From contig JAOAHY010000004.1 in assembly GCA_026414995.1 (NCBI GenBank), positions 12,485-76,484 of the forward strand: DNA of 64,000 nt, written 5' to 3'. The notes under the pieces were generated by a model. It did not search any database and was not told the origin of the DNA. It worked only from the letters and a program-made list of their open reading frames with translations. Numbering within the stretch: position 1 is the stretch's first letter; each line of letters starts with the position of its first letter. The translations under genes and the position numbers were made by a program. Origin of the DNA: Caldisericia bacterium. GTDB taxonomy: Bacteria > Caldisericota > Caldisericia > B22-G15. Positions 19,418 through 30,311 of this stretch are shown piece after piece.

Positions 19418-20187
19418 AACTGAAATTTAGTAACTATTCTTATTTATCAGCAAAATCAATCATACTTATAAGTTATTTTCCAAAAGTAGAAACATTAAAA
19501 TCATTTTTATCTCTCTCAAAAGAAGTTTTTTTAGATCATATTAAAAAAAGTTATGAAATTGAAACTGAAAGTTTAAATTTAGATGAAATTTTACTTCTTG
19601 ACTGGAACGACACAATAAAAAGATTTAAAAGAATTCTTTCTGATGAAAATCTGTATAAATATTTCGAGATTGAAAAAGAATATGAAATTATTAGAGATGA
19701 AAATAATCTATTTGAAAAGGAATATGAAAAAATTAAAAAAGAACTCTTTCTTTTAAACTTTTCAGATTTCTTTAAAAATTTTATAAAGTTAAAAATTGAT
19801 TTCTATAATATTTTAAGTTTCTTAAAACACAAATATTTTGGTACTTATTTTAGATTTATTGATAGCGGAAGGCTAAATTACAGATTGTTCAAAAATTATG
19901 AAAAAGAATCATTAGATAGTTTTATTGAATTTATTAATTTAAAATATCCTGAAACTTATGAAAAAAATCCAATAATTTTTTTTGAACTATTCGACAAAAA
20001 AAGAGATGACATATTAATAAATTATCTGAAAAATTCAAAATTTTTAGTATTTGGCCCTGAGATAATTTTTTCCTATCTTGTTCTTAAAAGCTTAAATAAT
20101 ATAAATCTTAGATTAATTTACCATGGAATTACATATAATTTACCTCATGATGAAGTGCTAAGGAGGTTAAGAGTTATAAATGAGTAA
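19414..20187 (+). CDS. atpC: V/A-type ATPase subunit C (d-subunit), shorter than typical
   Basis: Assigned by operon position (E-C-F-A-B-D). 257 aa against the usual ~320 aa. Confidence 0.55.
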   Translation: MKLKFSNYSYLSAKSIILISYFPKVETLKSFLSLSKEVFLDHIKKSYEIETESLNLDEILLLDWNDTIKRFKRILSDENLYKYFEIEKEYEIIRDENNLFEKEYEKIKKELFLLNFSDFFKNFIKLKIDFYNILSFLKHKYFGTYFRFIDSGRLNYRLFKNYEKESLDSFIEFINLKYPETYEKNPIIFFELFDKKRDDILINYLKNSKFLVFGPEIIFSYLVLKSLNNINLRLIYHGITYNLPHDEVLRRLRVINE

Positions 20188-20491
20188 AATTGCATATTTT
20201 GGAGATGAAATAATTTCTAAATTTTTATCTTCTTTTGGAATAAAAACTTTTAGTGAAAATATTATTGAAAATTTTATAAATTCATATAAGAATGATGAAT
20301 ATTCAATATTGATAATATCAGAAGAAGTTTCTCATGAAATATTAAAAGTTTATGAAGAATTAAACAAGAAAATTTTACCAGTTGTTTTATTTTTACCTTC
20401 AAAAGGAAAAAGAGAGGAAATAAATTATAAGTATATTAAAAAACTTACTGAGAAAGCAATTGGAGTTGATATTCTTGAAAAAGGAGAATAA
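20180..20491 (+). CDS. atpF: V/A-type ATPase subunit F
   Basis: 103 aa starting MSKIAYFGDE...; position before the A subunit. Confidence 0.7.
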   Translation: MSKIAYFGDEIISKFLSSFGIKTFSENIIENFINSYKNDEYSILIISEEVSHEILKVYEELNKKILPVVLFLPSKGKREEINYKYIKKLTEKAIGVDILEKGE

Positions 20492-20494
20492 ATC

Positions 20495-22264
20495 ATGGAA
20501 AAAGGAATAATTTCAAAAGTTTCTGGTCCTCTTGTTGTAGCAAGAGGGCTTAAAAATGCAAAAATGTATGATGTTGTTTATGTTGGAAAACTAGGTCTTC
20601 TTGGAGAAATAATTCAAATTAAAGAAGACCTATCATTTATACAGGTGTATGAAGAAACAAGTGGAATAGGCCCAGGTGAAGAGGTTATAACATCAGGTGA
20701 GCCACTTTCTGTTGAATTGGGTCCAGGTCTTATTGGTTCAATTTTTGATGGAGTTCAAAGACCACTTGACATCATAAGCTCAAAACATGGTTCTTATATT
20801 GTAAGAGGTGTTAAAGAAAATTCAATTCCAAGAGATAAAGAGTGGGAATTTGAGGCAATAATAAAGGAAGGAGAATTCGTTGAAGAGGGGGACATAATTG
20901 GAGTTGTACAGGAAACAGAGATTGTTAAACATAAAATTTTAGTACCAATTGGAATTAGAGGTAAGGTAAAAAAAGTATTTAAAGGTAAATTGAAAGTAGA
21001 GGATCCAGTTGCAATTATTGATTCTGATGGAAAAGAAATAGAAATTAAAATGTTAACTCATTGGCCTGTTAGAATTCAAAGACCATTTAAAAAGAAACTA
21101 CCACCAGATATACCTTTAATAACTGGTCAAAGAGTTATAGATGGTTTCTTTCCTATTGCAAAAGGCGGCACTGCTTGTATACCTGGTCCTTTTGGTTCTG
21201 GTAAAACTGTAACTCAACATCAACTTGCAAAATGGGCTGATGCAGATATTATAGTTTATGTTGGTTGTGGTGAAAGAGGAAATGAAATGACAGAAGTTTT
21301 AATAGAATTTCCAGAACTTAAAGACCCAAAAACAGGATATCCTCTTATGAAAAGGACAATATTAATTGCAAATACATCTAACATGCCTGTTGCTGCAAGA
21401 GAAGCTTCAGTTTTTACTGGGATTACACTTGCAGAATATTTTAGAGATCAAGGATATGATGTTGCTCTAATGGCTGATTCAACTTCAAGATGGGCTGAGG
21501 CAATGAGAGAAATTTCAGGTAGATTAGAAGAAATGCCCGGAGAGGAGGGGTATCCCGCTTATCTTGCATCTAGAATCGCTTCTTTTTATGAAAGAGCAGG
21601 AAAGGTTATTTGTCTTGGAAAAGATTCAAGAATATCCACTTTGAGTGTTATTGGTGCTGTTTCTCCACCAGGAGGTGATCTTTCAGATCCTGTTGTGCAA
21701 TCAACTTTAAGAGTAACAAAAGTTTTTTGGGGACTTGATGATGCACTTGCTTCACAAAGACACTTTCCTGCTATTAATTGGTTAACAAGTTATTCTCTAT
21801 ATACAGTTGACTTAGATCCTTTTTATAAAAAAAATATAAGTGAAGAATTTCCAAAATTAAGAGAAAAAGCAATGGAAATTCTTGAAAAAGAAGCAGAACT
21901 TGAAGAAATTGTAAGGTTAGTTGGTATAGATGCTTTATCTCCAAAAGATAGATTAATACTTGAAACTGCAAAATCAATTAGAGAAGATTTTTTGCATCAA
22001 AATGCTTATCACGAAATTGATACATACACATCATTAAATAAACAATATTTTATGCTTAAAGCAATTCTTTTATTTTATGAACTCGGAAATATAGCATTAG
22101 AAGAAGGTGTTGAACTTGAAAAAATAATAAATCTTCCATTTAGAGTTGATATTGCTAGAGCTAAATATATTGATGAGAAAAGATTAGAACTTTTTGATGA
22201 ACTATACAAAAAAATAAAAGAAGGTTTTAATGAAGTTATGAATGTTAAGGAGGAAATTAAATAA
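20495..22264 (+). CDS. atpA: V/A-type ATPase catalytic subunit A
   Basis: 589 aa. Walker [10 protein letters not shown]. Non-homologous insert region typical of A subunits. Confidence 0.9.
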   Translation: MEKGIISKVSGPLVVARGLKNAKMYDVVYVGKLGLLGEIIQIKEDLSFIQVYEETSGIGPGEEVITSGEPLSVELGPGLIGSIFDGVQRPLDIISSKHGSYIVRGVKENSIPRDKEWEFEAIIKEGEFVEEGDIIGVVQETEIVKHKILVPIGIRGKVKKVFKGKLKVEDPVAIIDSDGKEIEIKMLTHWPVRIQRPFKKKLPPDIPLITGQRVIDGFFPIAKGGTACIPGPFGSGKTVTQHQLAKWADADIIVYVGCGERGNEMTEVLIEFPELKDPKTGYPLMKRTILIANTSNMPVAAREASVFTGITLAEYFRDQGYDVALMADSTSRWAEAMREISGRLEEMPGEEGYPAYLASRIASFYERAGKVICLGKDSRISTLSVIGAVSPPGGDLSDPVVQSTLRVTKVFWGLDDALASQRHFPAINWLTSYSLYTVDLDPFYKKNISEEFPKLREKAMEILEKEAELEEIVRLVGIDALSPKDRLILETAKSIREDFLHQNAYHEIDTYTSLNKQYFMLKAILLFYELGNIALEEGVELEKIINLPFRVDIARAKYIDEKRLELFDELYKKIKEGFNEVMNVKEEIK

Positions 22265-23656
22265 ATGGCAAAAGAGTATTTGACAACAAGCGAAATCGCT
22301 GGTCCATTAATGGTTGTTCAAGATGTTTCAGGTGTTAAATATGGAGAACTTGTTGAAATTACTCTCAAAAATGGAGAAAAAAGAAGAGGACAAGTTATGG
22401 TTGCTGAAGAAAATAAAGCGCTTATTGAACTTTATGAACCTTCAATTGGAATAGATCCTAAAGAAGCAAGAGTAAAATTTACAGGAAAAGGTCTTGAAGT
22501 TCCAGTTTCAAAAAATATTTTAGGTAGAATTTTTAATGGTTTTGGAGAACCAATCGATGATGGACCAAAAATTATTCCTGAAGATTTAAGAGATATAAAT
22601 GGAAATCCTATTAATCCATATTCAAGAGACTATCCAAATGAATTTATTCAAACAGGAATATCTGCTATTGATGGATTAAATACTCTTGTTAGGGGACAAA
22701 AATTACCAATTTTTTCAGGAAGTGGACTTCCTCATCCAAGACTTGCTGCTCAAATAACAAGACAATCTAAAGTTTTAAAAACAGGAGAACAATTCGCAGT
22801 TGTATTTGCTGCTATGGGTATCACTTTTGAAGAAGCAAACTTTTTCATTTCAGACTTAAGACAAACTGGTGCAATTAATAAATCGGTTTTGTTTATAAAC
22901 TTAGCAAATAACCCAGTTATTGAAAGAATTGCTTTACCAAGAACTGCTTTAACAGTAGCAGAGTATCTTGCATTTGATCTTGATATGCATGTTCTTGTTA
23001 TTTTAACAGATATGACGAACTATTGTGAAGCACTTAGAGAAATTTCTGCTGCAAGAAAAGAAGTTCCTGGAAGAAGAGGTTATCCAGGTTATATGTACAC
23101 AGATCTTGCAACAATTTATGAAAGAGCAGGAAGAATTAAAGGAAAAAAAGGTTCAATAACACAAATTCCTGTTGTTAGTATGCCTGAAGATGATAAAACA
23201 CATCCAATTCCAGATTTAACAGGTTATATTACAGAGGGTCAAATATTTTTATCTAGAGAACTTTATAAAAAGGGAATATATCCTCCAATTGATGTAAGAC
23301 CCTCTCTTTCAAGATTAAAAGATAGAGGAATAGGAAGAGAAAAAACAAGAGAAGATCATTCAGATTTAATGAATCAATTATATGCAGCATATTCAAGAGG
23401 AAAAAACGCTGAAGAGTTAGCAAAAATTTTAGGAGAAACTGCATTATCAACTGTTGATAGAATTTTTGTAAAATTTGCTGAAAGATTTGAAAGAGAATTT
23501 GTAAATCAAGGTGAATATGAGAATAGATCTATAGAACAAACATTAGATATTGGATGGAAACTTTTATCTATGATCCCAATACCTGAATTAAAGAGAGTAA
23601 GAGAAGAATATATTGAAAAGTATCTTAAAAGATTCTTAAAAGAGGAGAAAGTATGA
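22265..23656 (+). CDS. atpB: V/A-type ATPase subunit B
   Basis: 463 aa non-catalytic subunit B. Confidence 0.9.
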   Translation: MAKEYLTTSEIAGPLMVVQDVSGVKYGELVEITLKNGEKRRGQVMVAEENKALIELYEPSIGIDPKEARVKFTGKGLEVPVSKNILGRIFNGFGEPIDDGPKIIPEDLRDINGNPINPYSRDYPNEFIQTGISAIDGLNTLVRGQKLPIFSGSGLPHPRLAAQITRQSKVLKTGEQFAVVFAAMGITFEEANFFISDLRQTGAINKSVLFINLANNPVIERIALPRTALTVAEYLAFDLDMHVLVILTDMTNYCEALREISAARKEVPGRRGYPGYMYTDLATIYERAGRIKGKKGSITQIPVVSMPEDDKTHPIPDLTGYITEGQIFLSRELYKKGIYPPIDVRPSLSRLKDRGIGREKTREDHSDLMNQLYAAYSRGKNAEELAKILGETALSTVDRIFVKFAERFEREFVNQGEYENRSIEQTLDIGWKLLSMIPIPELKRVREEYIEKYLKRFLKEEKV

Positions 23657-24279
23657 AGTTAAGAGTAAATCCAAATAGAATGGTTTTGCTTACTCTAAAA
23701 AAGAGACTTACAGTTGCAACTCGCGGTCATAAACTTCTTAAAGATAAACTTGATGGAATGATTAAAGAATTTGTTTCTTTAATAAAAGATTTTAAAGAAA
23801 AAACAAAAAATTTGGATGAAGAATTTTTAAAACTTGAAAAATTAATAATATTATCTTATTCTCAACTTGGAAAAGAAAGATTTGATTTATTAACTAAAAA
23901 AAGATTAGAAATATCCTTAACCTATGAAAAGAAAAATATTATGGGGGTTAATGTTCCTCAATTTAAAATAAAAAGTATTAGTGAAATTTTTAACTATCCT
24001 TATACACTTTCAAATTTTGAGTTTGATTTAGCAAATCAAGTTTTTAAAAATTTTATTGAAAAATTAATTGAATATATAAATATTTATAAAACATTAGAAG
24101 AACTTGCTAAAGACATAGAAAGAACAAGAAGAAGAGTAAATGCACTTGAATATATTTTAATTCCTTCTCTTAATGAAACAATAAAGTTTATAAAAATGCG
24201 ACTTGATGAACTTGAAAGGGAAACACACGGGAGATTAACAAGAATTAAGGAGATAATAAGAGGAGAGGCAGAAAGATAA
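23653..24279 (+). CDS. atpD: V/A-type ATPase subunit D (central stalk)
   Basis: 208 aa. Conserved [13 protein letters not shown] region. Confidence 0.8.
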   Translation: MKLRVNPNRMVLLTLKKRLTVATRGHKLLKDKLDGMIKEFVSLIKDFKEKTKNLDEEFLKLEKLIILSYSQLGKERFDLLTKKRLEISLTYEKKNIMGVNVPQFKIKSISEIFNYPYTLSNFEFDLANQVFKNFIEKLIEYINIYKTLEELAKDIERTRRRVNALEYILIPSLNETIKFIKMRLDELERETHGRLTRIKEIIRGEAER

Positions 24280-24299
24280 ACTGCTTCTCCTCCTTTTTA
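24261..24299. terminator. Bidirectional rho-independent terminator between convergent atpD (+) and amidohydrolase (-)
   Basis: Hairpin ggagaggcag-aaagauaaa-cugcuucucc followed by UUUUU on +, with an A-run before it serving the - strand. Confidence 0.55.
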
Positions 24300-24303
24300 A
24301 TTA

Positions 24304-25515
24304 TTAAATTTCAAATTTTGAAATATCTATTAATTTTCCACTACTTATAACAAATTTTGGTTCTCTGTGATATCTTAATGCTTCTAAAACATTGTCTTCA
24401 TTTAAAACTACAATATTTGCAGGATTCCCCTCTTTTAATTCATGATTTTTAAGACCTATTGCTTTACCTGCATCAATAGTAATCATATCATATAACCTTT
24501 CCATATCACTTTTTGTTGTCATCCATAAAATATGAGATACAAGAAATGCGACTTCTAACATATTGTTTCTTCCATAGGGATAGTATGCATCAGATATATC
24601 ATCTTGTCCTAAAACAACAAGAACACCTTCTTCTAACATCTCTCTAACTCTTGCATGTAGTGGGCCTGTATGTGGATCAGTAACAACACCAACTCCTCCC
24701 TTTTTTAATAAAGCAATTAATTTCATAAGATATGGAGTTGGATAAAATTGCATTGCTCTTGCATGATGAGCAAGAACTCTTCCAATAAAACCTTCTTTGA
24801 TTGCTTTTAAAGTTAACATTTCAAGTGTTTTAAGAGTAGGATCACCTGCATCATCTACAAGCATTGATATATCTCTATCATATTTTTTTGCAAGTTCAAA
24901 CATTTTATCAATGTGTTCTTTTTCATCTTCATCTGTATATTCAATCCAAGGAATTCCACCAACAACATCAGCTCCCATTTTTAAACTTTCTTCAACAAGT
25001 TCAAAAGCTCCTTTTTCTCTTACTACACCATCTTGAGGAAAAGCAACTACTTGAAGATCTAAAACACCTTTAAATTCATCCTTTGCTTTTAAAAGCGCTT
25101 TAACACCTTCTAATTTTGCTTTTGAATCAACATCAGCAAAACCTCTTACATGCAATACACCATAACGAACTGCATGATTTAAAGCTCTTTTCACATTAGG
25201 GAAAATCCACTTTTCATCATATTTAGATTTTACAAGTGCTGCTAATTCTATTGCAGTCATAGCTTTACCCATATTTTCACCATGATAATCTTTTAGTGCT
25301 TCCTCTTCCATCATCATAAAGGTGTAGACTTTACATAGATGAAGATGTGGATTTACAAATGATTCTGTTACAAGTTTACCTTCAGCATCAATCAAAGTAT
25401 TAGCATTCTCGTTTAAATTTTTTGAAATTTTTTCAATTTTTCCATCTTTAATCCCAATCGAATAAAGACCTTCCATTTTTCTTAATTTTGCATTTTTAAT
25501 TACAATATCATACAT
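24304..25515 (-). CDS. Amidohydrolase-superfamily protein (cytosine-deaminase / chlorohydrolase / SsnA-like)
   Basis: 403 aa. N-terminal FVNPHLHL metal-binding HxH motif. Sits next to the molybdo-hydroxylase genes. Confidence 0.6.
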   Translation of the reverse strand: MYDIVIKNAKLRKMEGLYSIGIKDGKIEKISKNLNENANTLIDAEGKLVTESFVNPHLHLCKVYTFMMMEEEALKDYHGENMGKAMTAIELAALVKSKYDEKWIFPNVKRALNHAVRYGVLHVRGFADVDSKAKLEGVKALLKAKDEFKGVLDLQVVAFPQDGVVREKGAFELVEESLKMGADVVGGIPWIEYTDEDEKEHIDKMFELAKKYDRDISMLVDDAGDPTLKTLEMLTLKAIKEGFIGRVLAHHARAMQFYPTPYLMKLIALLKKGGVGVVTDPHTGPLHARVREMLEEGVLVVLGQDDISDAYYPYGRNNMLEVAFLVSHILWMTTKSDMERLYDMITIDAGKAIGLKNHELKEGNPANIVVLNEDNVLEALRYHREPKFVISSGKLIDISKFEI

Positions 25516-25527
25516 ATAAACCTCCTA

Positions 25528-26001
25528 TTATTTATTTTGTTTTAAATATCTTTGAGCAAGTTTTGCACCATCTAAAATAGATTCATAACCTGTGCATCTG
25601 CAAAGGTGTTTATCTAATGCATCAATTATTTCATTTTCATCTGCATCTATATTTTTACTGTAAAGAGCATATAGTTCCATTATTATACCTGGAATACAAT
25701 ATCCACATTGAACAGCACCAGAATCAATCATTGCTTTTTGAATTGGATGCAACTCTCCATTTTTAGATAGACCTTCAATTGTTAAAATTTCCGCATCATT
25801 TAATTTTTTAACTGAATATATACAACTTTTAACTGCTTCACCATTTACTATAACTACACATGTTCCACAAGAAGCATCATCACACCCTCTTTTTGTTCCG
25901 GTTAAATTTAATTTTTCTCTTAAAATATCTAATAAATTTTCATTTCCTTCAACTTCTAAAACCTTTTCTATTCCATTAACTTTAAATTTAATCTTTTCCA
26001 T
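25528..26001 (-). CDS. Xanthine-dehydrogenase-family [2Fe-2S] small subunit
   Basis: 157 aa. CGTC plant-type and CGYCIPG second-cluster motifs. Confidence 0.8.
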   Translation of the reverse strand: MEKIKFKVNGIEKVLEVEGNENLLDILREKLNLTGTKRGCDDASCGTCVVIVNGEAVKSCIYSVKKLNDAEILTIEGLSKNGELHPIQKAMIDSGAVQCGYCIPGIIMELYALYSKNIDADENEIIDALDKHLCRCTGYESILDGAKLAQRYLKQNK

Positions 26002-26003
26002 TT

Positions 26004-28343
26004 TTAAACTCCTATTTTTTCATTTTGTTTTTCTTTAATAATCTCTAAAATTTTTTCTTTTGATACTGGAACTTCAAATAGATCAACACCTAAAGCATCA
26101 TAGATTGCATTTAAAATTGCTGGAGCAACTCCTAAAACTGGATGTTCACCTATTCCTCTTGCGCCATAAGGACCGATTGATTCAGGTGTTTCAATAAAAA
26201 TAACTTCATATTTTTTAGGCATATTTTTAATTGTTGGAAATTTGTAAGTTGAGAAATGTGGATTTACTAATCTTCCGTCTTTATCAAATTTTAGTTCCTC
26301 ATAAAGTGTACTTCCAATTCCCATCATAACTCCTCCAACAATTTGACCTCTTAATTGAACTGGATTTATAACTCTTCCTATATCAAATGCTGAAACAAAG
26401 TTATCTATAATAATTTCTCCTGTCTTTTTATCAATTCTAATCTCACAACCTTGCGCACCAAAAGTGTAAGACACCCCAAGATTACCTTCACCAGTTTCTG
26501 GATCTGGATTTGAATATCTTGGTAATCTTGCATCTGCTGTTGCTTGAACCACTTCTCCAACAGTAATGCCATCTTTATCAATATAACCTCTTACAAGATC
26601 TGGTATATTAACAAATATTTCTGGATTATGTTTAAAATAAATTTTTTCACCATCATACTCAAGCATATCTTTATCAACTCTCAAGGCTAATGCTGCATTT
26701 TCTTTTAATTTCTCAATTGCTCTTAAGCATGCTCTAATTAACGCTCTTCCTCCTTGAACTGTAAACATAGAACCAATTGTTTGCCACTCCCATGGAGAAA
26801 ATTGAGTATCGATTTCTGTATAAACATGAATTTTTTCAGGTGAAATTTTTAGAATTTCAGCTGCAACCTGTTGAACTACAGTTCTTAAACCTTGTCCTAC
26901 TTCAGCACCACTCATAACAACATTAACGCTTCCATCTCCATTAAATTTAATAAAACACCCTTTTGAAGAATTTGGAGCGCCTTTTGGACCTTTAACAACT
27001 GCTGCAAATCCTCTACCATAAAAATAATTTTCATCTTCTTTAGGTTTTTCTTTATTGTATATGATTTCTTTAACTGCATCTGAACATTTTTTAACATCAC
27101 CATAGTCTTCAGTATAGATTTCTCCTGAGCCAAATTTTTTGCCTCTTTTTAAATAGTTTTTTTCTCTTAGTTCAATTTTATCTATATTAAGTTTTCTTGC
27201 TAAAATATCCATTAGTCTTTCAATAGCAAAATGTGCATATTGATAACCATAACCTCTAAATGCACCAACAGGAGGTGTATTAGTATATACAGTAAATCCT
27301 TCACAATAAGCAATAGGAAATTCATATACTCCCAATGTATGAGTTGCTGCCATTGTTATATTAACTCCTGTATCAGCATATGCTCCAGTGGAGTGATAAA
27401 CTTTTGATTTAACAAATACTAATGTACCATCTTTTTTTGCGCCGATTTTCATTTGAATTCTAACTCCATGTCCGATTAATGTGCTTGTATAATCTTCTTT
27501 TCTTGATGCTACCCATTTTACAGGATAACCTTTTACATGACTTGCAATATAAGCAACAGTTTGTTCTATTGTCACATCAGATTTATAACCAAAACATCCA
27601 CCAATTTCTGGAATATGAACTCTAACATTTCCAGAAGGCACTCCATAGGTTTTAGCTAAATCATCTTGAATAATGTGAGGACAAATTGAGGATGACCAAA
27701 CTTCTATTGTGTTGTCTTCATGAAACCAAACTATTGCACCATGTGGTTCAATTGCACTTGATGAACCAAATTTATAATTAAATTCTCCTTCCACAACAAC
27801 ATCTGCTTCTAGTTCGCCTTTTTCCATATCTCCTCTTTTTAATAAATAATAATTTGCAATATTTGTCTTTGGTATAGGTTTATATGTTGGAAGATGCCAA
27901 TATTCACCATTTCTTTCATGTATCAATACTGCATTTTCTTTTAGTGAATCTAATGCATCTAAATAAACTGGTAATTTTTCATACTCAACTTTAATTTTTT
28001 TCACTGCTTGTTTTGCATGTTGAGGAGTATCTGCAATAACAGCAGCAACTGGTTCTCCGATATATCTAACCTTGTCAACAGCCATTGGATATCTATCTTT
28101 TATGCAATCTCCATATGTAAATTTGCAATTTTTCCCAGTCACTACTTTTACAACTCCTTCACTTTTTTCTGCTTCAGAGGTATCAATTGATAATATTTTA
28201 GCGTGAGCATATGGTGGAGTGAGAATTGCTGCATAAAGCATGTTAGGAAGTTTTATATCATCGAGGAAAATTGCTTTACCTGTAACTTTTTTTATAGCAT
28301 CAGGCCTTTTTATATATTTTCCAATATAATTAAAATTATACAT
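26004..28343 (-). CDS. Xanthine dehydrogenase / aldehyde oxidase family molybdopterin-binding large subunit
   Basis: 779 aa. a/b-hammerhead N-terminus (IGKYIKRPDAIKKVTGKAIF) and Mo-pterin binding domains. Confidence 0.8.
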   Translation of the reverse strand: MYNFNYIGKYIKRPDAIKKVTGKAIFLDDIKLPNMLYAAILTPPYAHAKILSIDTSEAEKSEGVVKVVTGKNCKFTYGDCIKDRYPMAVDKVRYIGEPVAAVIADTPQHAKQAVKKIKVEYEKLPVYLDALDSLKENAVLIHERNGEYWHLPTYKPIPKTNIANYYLLKRGDMEKGELEADVVVEGEFNYKFGSSSAIEPHGAIVWFHEDNTIEVWSSSICPHIIQDDLAKTYGVPSGNVRVHIPEIGGCFGYKSDVTIEQTVAYIASHVKGYPVKWVASRKEDYTSTLIGHGVRIQMKIGAKKDGTLVFVKSKVYHSTGAYADTGVNITMAATHTLGVYEFPIAYCEGFTVYTNTPPVGAFRGYGYQYAHFAIERLMDILARKLNIDKIELREKNYLKRGKKFGSGEIYTEDYGDVKKCSDAVKEIIYNKEKPKEDENYFYGRGFAAVVKGPKGAPNSSKGCFIKFNGDGSVNVVMSGAEVGQGLRTVVQQVAAEILKISPEKIHVYTEIDTQFSPWEWQTIGSMFTVQGGRALIRACLRAIEKLKENAALALRVDKDMLEYDGEKIYFKHNPEIFVNIPDLVRGYIDKDGITVGEVVQATADARLPRYSNPDPETGEGNLGVSYTFGAQGCEIRIDKKTGEIIIDNFVSAFDIGRVINPVQLRGQIVGGVMMGIGSTLYEELKFDKDGRLVNPHFSTYKFPTIKNMPKKYEVIFIETPESIGPYGARGIGEHPVLGVAPAILNAIYDALGVDLFEVPVSKEKILEIIKEKQNEKIGV

Positions 28344-28375
28344 TTAATATATCACCTCCTTTTGGGTATATTTTA

Positions 28376-28404
28376 TTTATAAATAATAATTATAAAATTG
28401 TCAA
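28376..28404 (-). promoter_or_regulatory. Sigma70-like promoter for the molybdo-hydroxylase operon (- strand: TTGACA, 17 nt, TATAAA)
   Basis: On the - strand: ttgaca-attttataattattatt-tataaa ~30 nt upstream of RBS aaaggaggtg and the ATG at 28343. Confidence 0.45.
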
Positions 28405-28406
28405 AC

Positions 28407-29045
28407 TTAAACTTTTAATAAATCAGAGACCTTTTTTGTTAATTTTTTTAAATCTTTTGGAGTAATGCCTAATTCAGGTTTTAATAATAAAAATAAAACA
28501 TTTGTTTCTCTAGTATATCCAATATGCCTTAAATTTTTAAATCCAACTGTATCTTTAGAAAGTTCAATTAAGTTTTCTAAATCTATTTTATTTTTATAAA
28601 AAACATAAAACTCTTTTCCATCAAATGTCATATTTTCTTTTTTATATGTTTCTATATTATCTATCATAGGTCCTGGGAAATAAAAATGTTTCTTAATTAT
28701 ATGCGCATCATATCCAAATTTTTCATTTAATCTTAAAACTACATATAATCTATCATGTTTTCTTGTTAAATAAGAAATAGGTAGATATAACAAACTATGT
28801 CTAGGTAATAATGTTAATGTTAATTCTAATTTTTTTATAAGTTTGTCATTAAAATCATAATTTGCTTTAAATCCAATATAACCACCAATATAAGTGTAAA
28901 GTTTATCTTTTGGTTTTAAATTTTCTTCAAAATCTCTAATATATTTGACCATCATTAGAGTATTTAATTTTCTTCCTTTAAAAAATTGAAGGGAGGTTAA
29001 ACCTCCCAAAATTAACATTAAAAGTATGATCTGTCCTTGTGTCAT
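28407..29045 (-). CDS. Hypothetical protein with N-terminal TM anchor
   Basis: 212 aa. MTQGQIILLMLILGGLTSL anchor. Last gene of a tight four-gene cassette. Confidence 0.5.
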   Translation of the reverse strand: MTQGQIILLMLILGGLTSLQFFKGRKLNTLMMVKYIRDFEENLKPKDKLYTYIGGYIGFKANYDFNDKLIKKLELTLTLLPRHSLLYLPISYLTRKHDRLYVVLRLNEKFGYDAHIIKKHFYFPGPMIDNIETYKKENMTFDGKEFYVFYKNKIDLENLIELSKDTVGFKNLRHIGYTRETNVLFLLLKPELGITPKDLKKLTKKVSDLLKV

Positions 29046-29339
29046 CTAAATCTCCTCTTTTCCGCTTAAAACTATTACTTCAGTGAAACCCTCTTTATTA
29101 AGTGTGTCAACAATTTTTTTTGCTATAGTATTTAAAATATATGATTTCATAAAAAGATATGAAGGAGAGAAATAATCTGGATAAAAAGATTTTAATTTAA
29201 TTTCAATTCTTGTAAATTCAATTTTTATTTCTCTTATATAATCTCCAGTTATTAAATCTAAACCTGTTGTAGGTTCTTCAATTTTTGATAAAATTCTTTT
29301 TATTCTTTTTATTAATTCTTCATCTCCTACGGTTCTCAT
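29046..29339 (-). CDS. Hypothetical small protein (weak DUF59/MIP18-like N-terminus)
   Basis: 97 aa. ATGA-coupled to the ArsA-like ATPase gene. Confidence 0.45.
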   Translation of the reverse strand: MRTVGDEELIKRIKRILSKIEEPTTGLDLITGDYIREIKIEFTRIEIKLKSFYPDYFSPSYLFMKSYILNTIAKKIVDTLNKEGFTEVIVLSGKEEI

Positions 29340-30298
29340 ACTAATATATAATTATCATAAAATTTTATTAACTCTTCAATACCACGAGGTGATTTAGAAA
29401 GAAGAGGTATTTGTTTAATTTTTATATTTTTAATTTCATCTTCCATTTTTTTTATTACACTATCTTGTTCTTCAATTTTTCCTTTTATAACTTCAGGTGG
29501 ATTTTCACATATTAAATATTTATTCAAATAAATATTTTTAATTTTTATTCCAAATTCAGATAATGCTTCTATAATTCTTTTAGTTTCAAAAAGAGCAAGA
29601 TCTTCTGGCATTGTAACAATATTTATTGAAGTTGAATTACCAGAGAAAAGATTCATCATATTTTCCATTTCATTACTATATTTAACAAGTTCTATCATTA
29701 TTTGATCTTCTCTTTCGTCTGATGTTAAATTAATTACTTCATCATCTAACTTTGCTTCTATTTTACCTTTTACATTTTCAACCATTTTTCTCCTATCAAG
29801 AATTTTTCTTCTTATTCCCATTAATCTTTTTGACCAAAGTAAAGTTAATTTTGGTAATGCAAGAACTCTAGTTGTTATTCCAGTTGGAGGTGTATCAAAA
29901 ACTAGAATATCATATTCATGACATTCTACATATTTTTTAATTGCTTCAAGAACAGCATATTCTTCAATTCCAGGTGAATATCTTAATATATCAAAATATC
30001 TATCTAAATTAAAACTTGTAAGGTATCTATAGGTATTTTTTAAATTCCTTGATAAGTCTTCAAGATACTCTTTTATCATTTTGTCTAAATCAACTTCTAC
30101 TGCAAAAAGATTTTCTGTAAGTTTTCTAACTTTATTCGAGAGTTCTATATCAAATGCATCTCCAAGATTATGTGCTGGATCAAGGGATGCTATCAAAATT
30201 TTTTTATCTTTGTTATATACAGAAATACCAGTGGCAAAACTTGCTGATATTGTTGTTTTTCCAACTCCCCCTTTTCCAAGAAAAAAATATATTTCCAT
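29336..30298 (-). CDS. ArsA/Get3-family P-loop ATPase (single-domain 'anion-transporting ATPase' homolog)
   Basis: GKGGVGKTT P-loop, DPAHNL signature and DTPPTGITTRVL (an ArsA DTAPTGHT-like switch II with His replaced by Ile). Confidence 0.7.
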   Translation of the reverse strand: MEIYFFLGKGGVGKTTISASFATGISVYNKDKKILIASLDPAHNLGDAFDIELSNKVRKLTENLFAVEVDLDKMIKEYLEDLSRNLKNTYRYLTSFNLDRYFDILRYSPGIEEYAVLEAIKKYVECHEYDILVFDTPPTGITTRVLALPKLTLLWSKRLMGIRRKILDRRKMVENVKGKIEAKLDDEVINLTSDEREDQIMIELVKYSNEMENMMNLFSGNSTSINIVTMPEDLALFETKRIIEALSEFGIKIKNIYLNKYLICENPPEVIKGKIEEQDSVIKKMEDEIKNIKIKQIPLLSKSPRGIEELIKFYDNYILV

Positions 30299-30311
30299 AT
30301 ATAATTCACCT

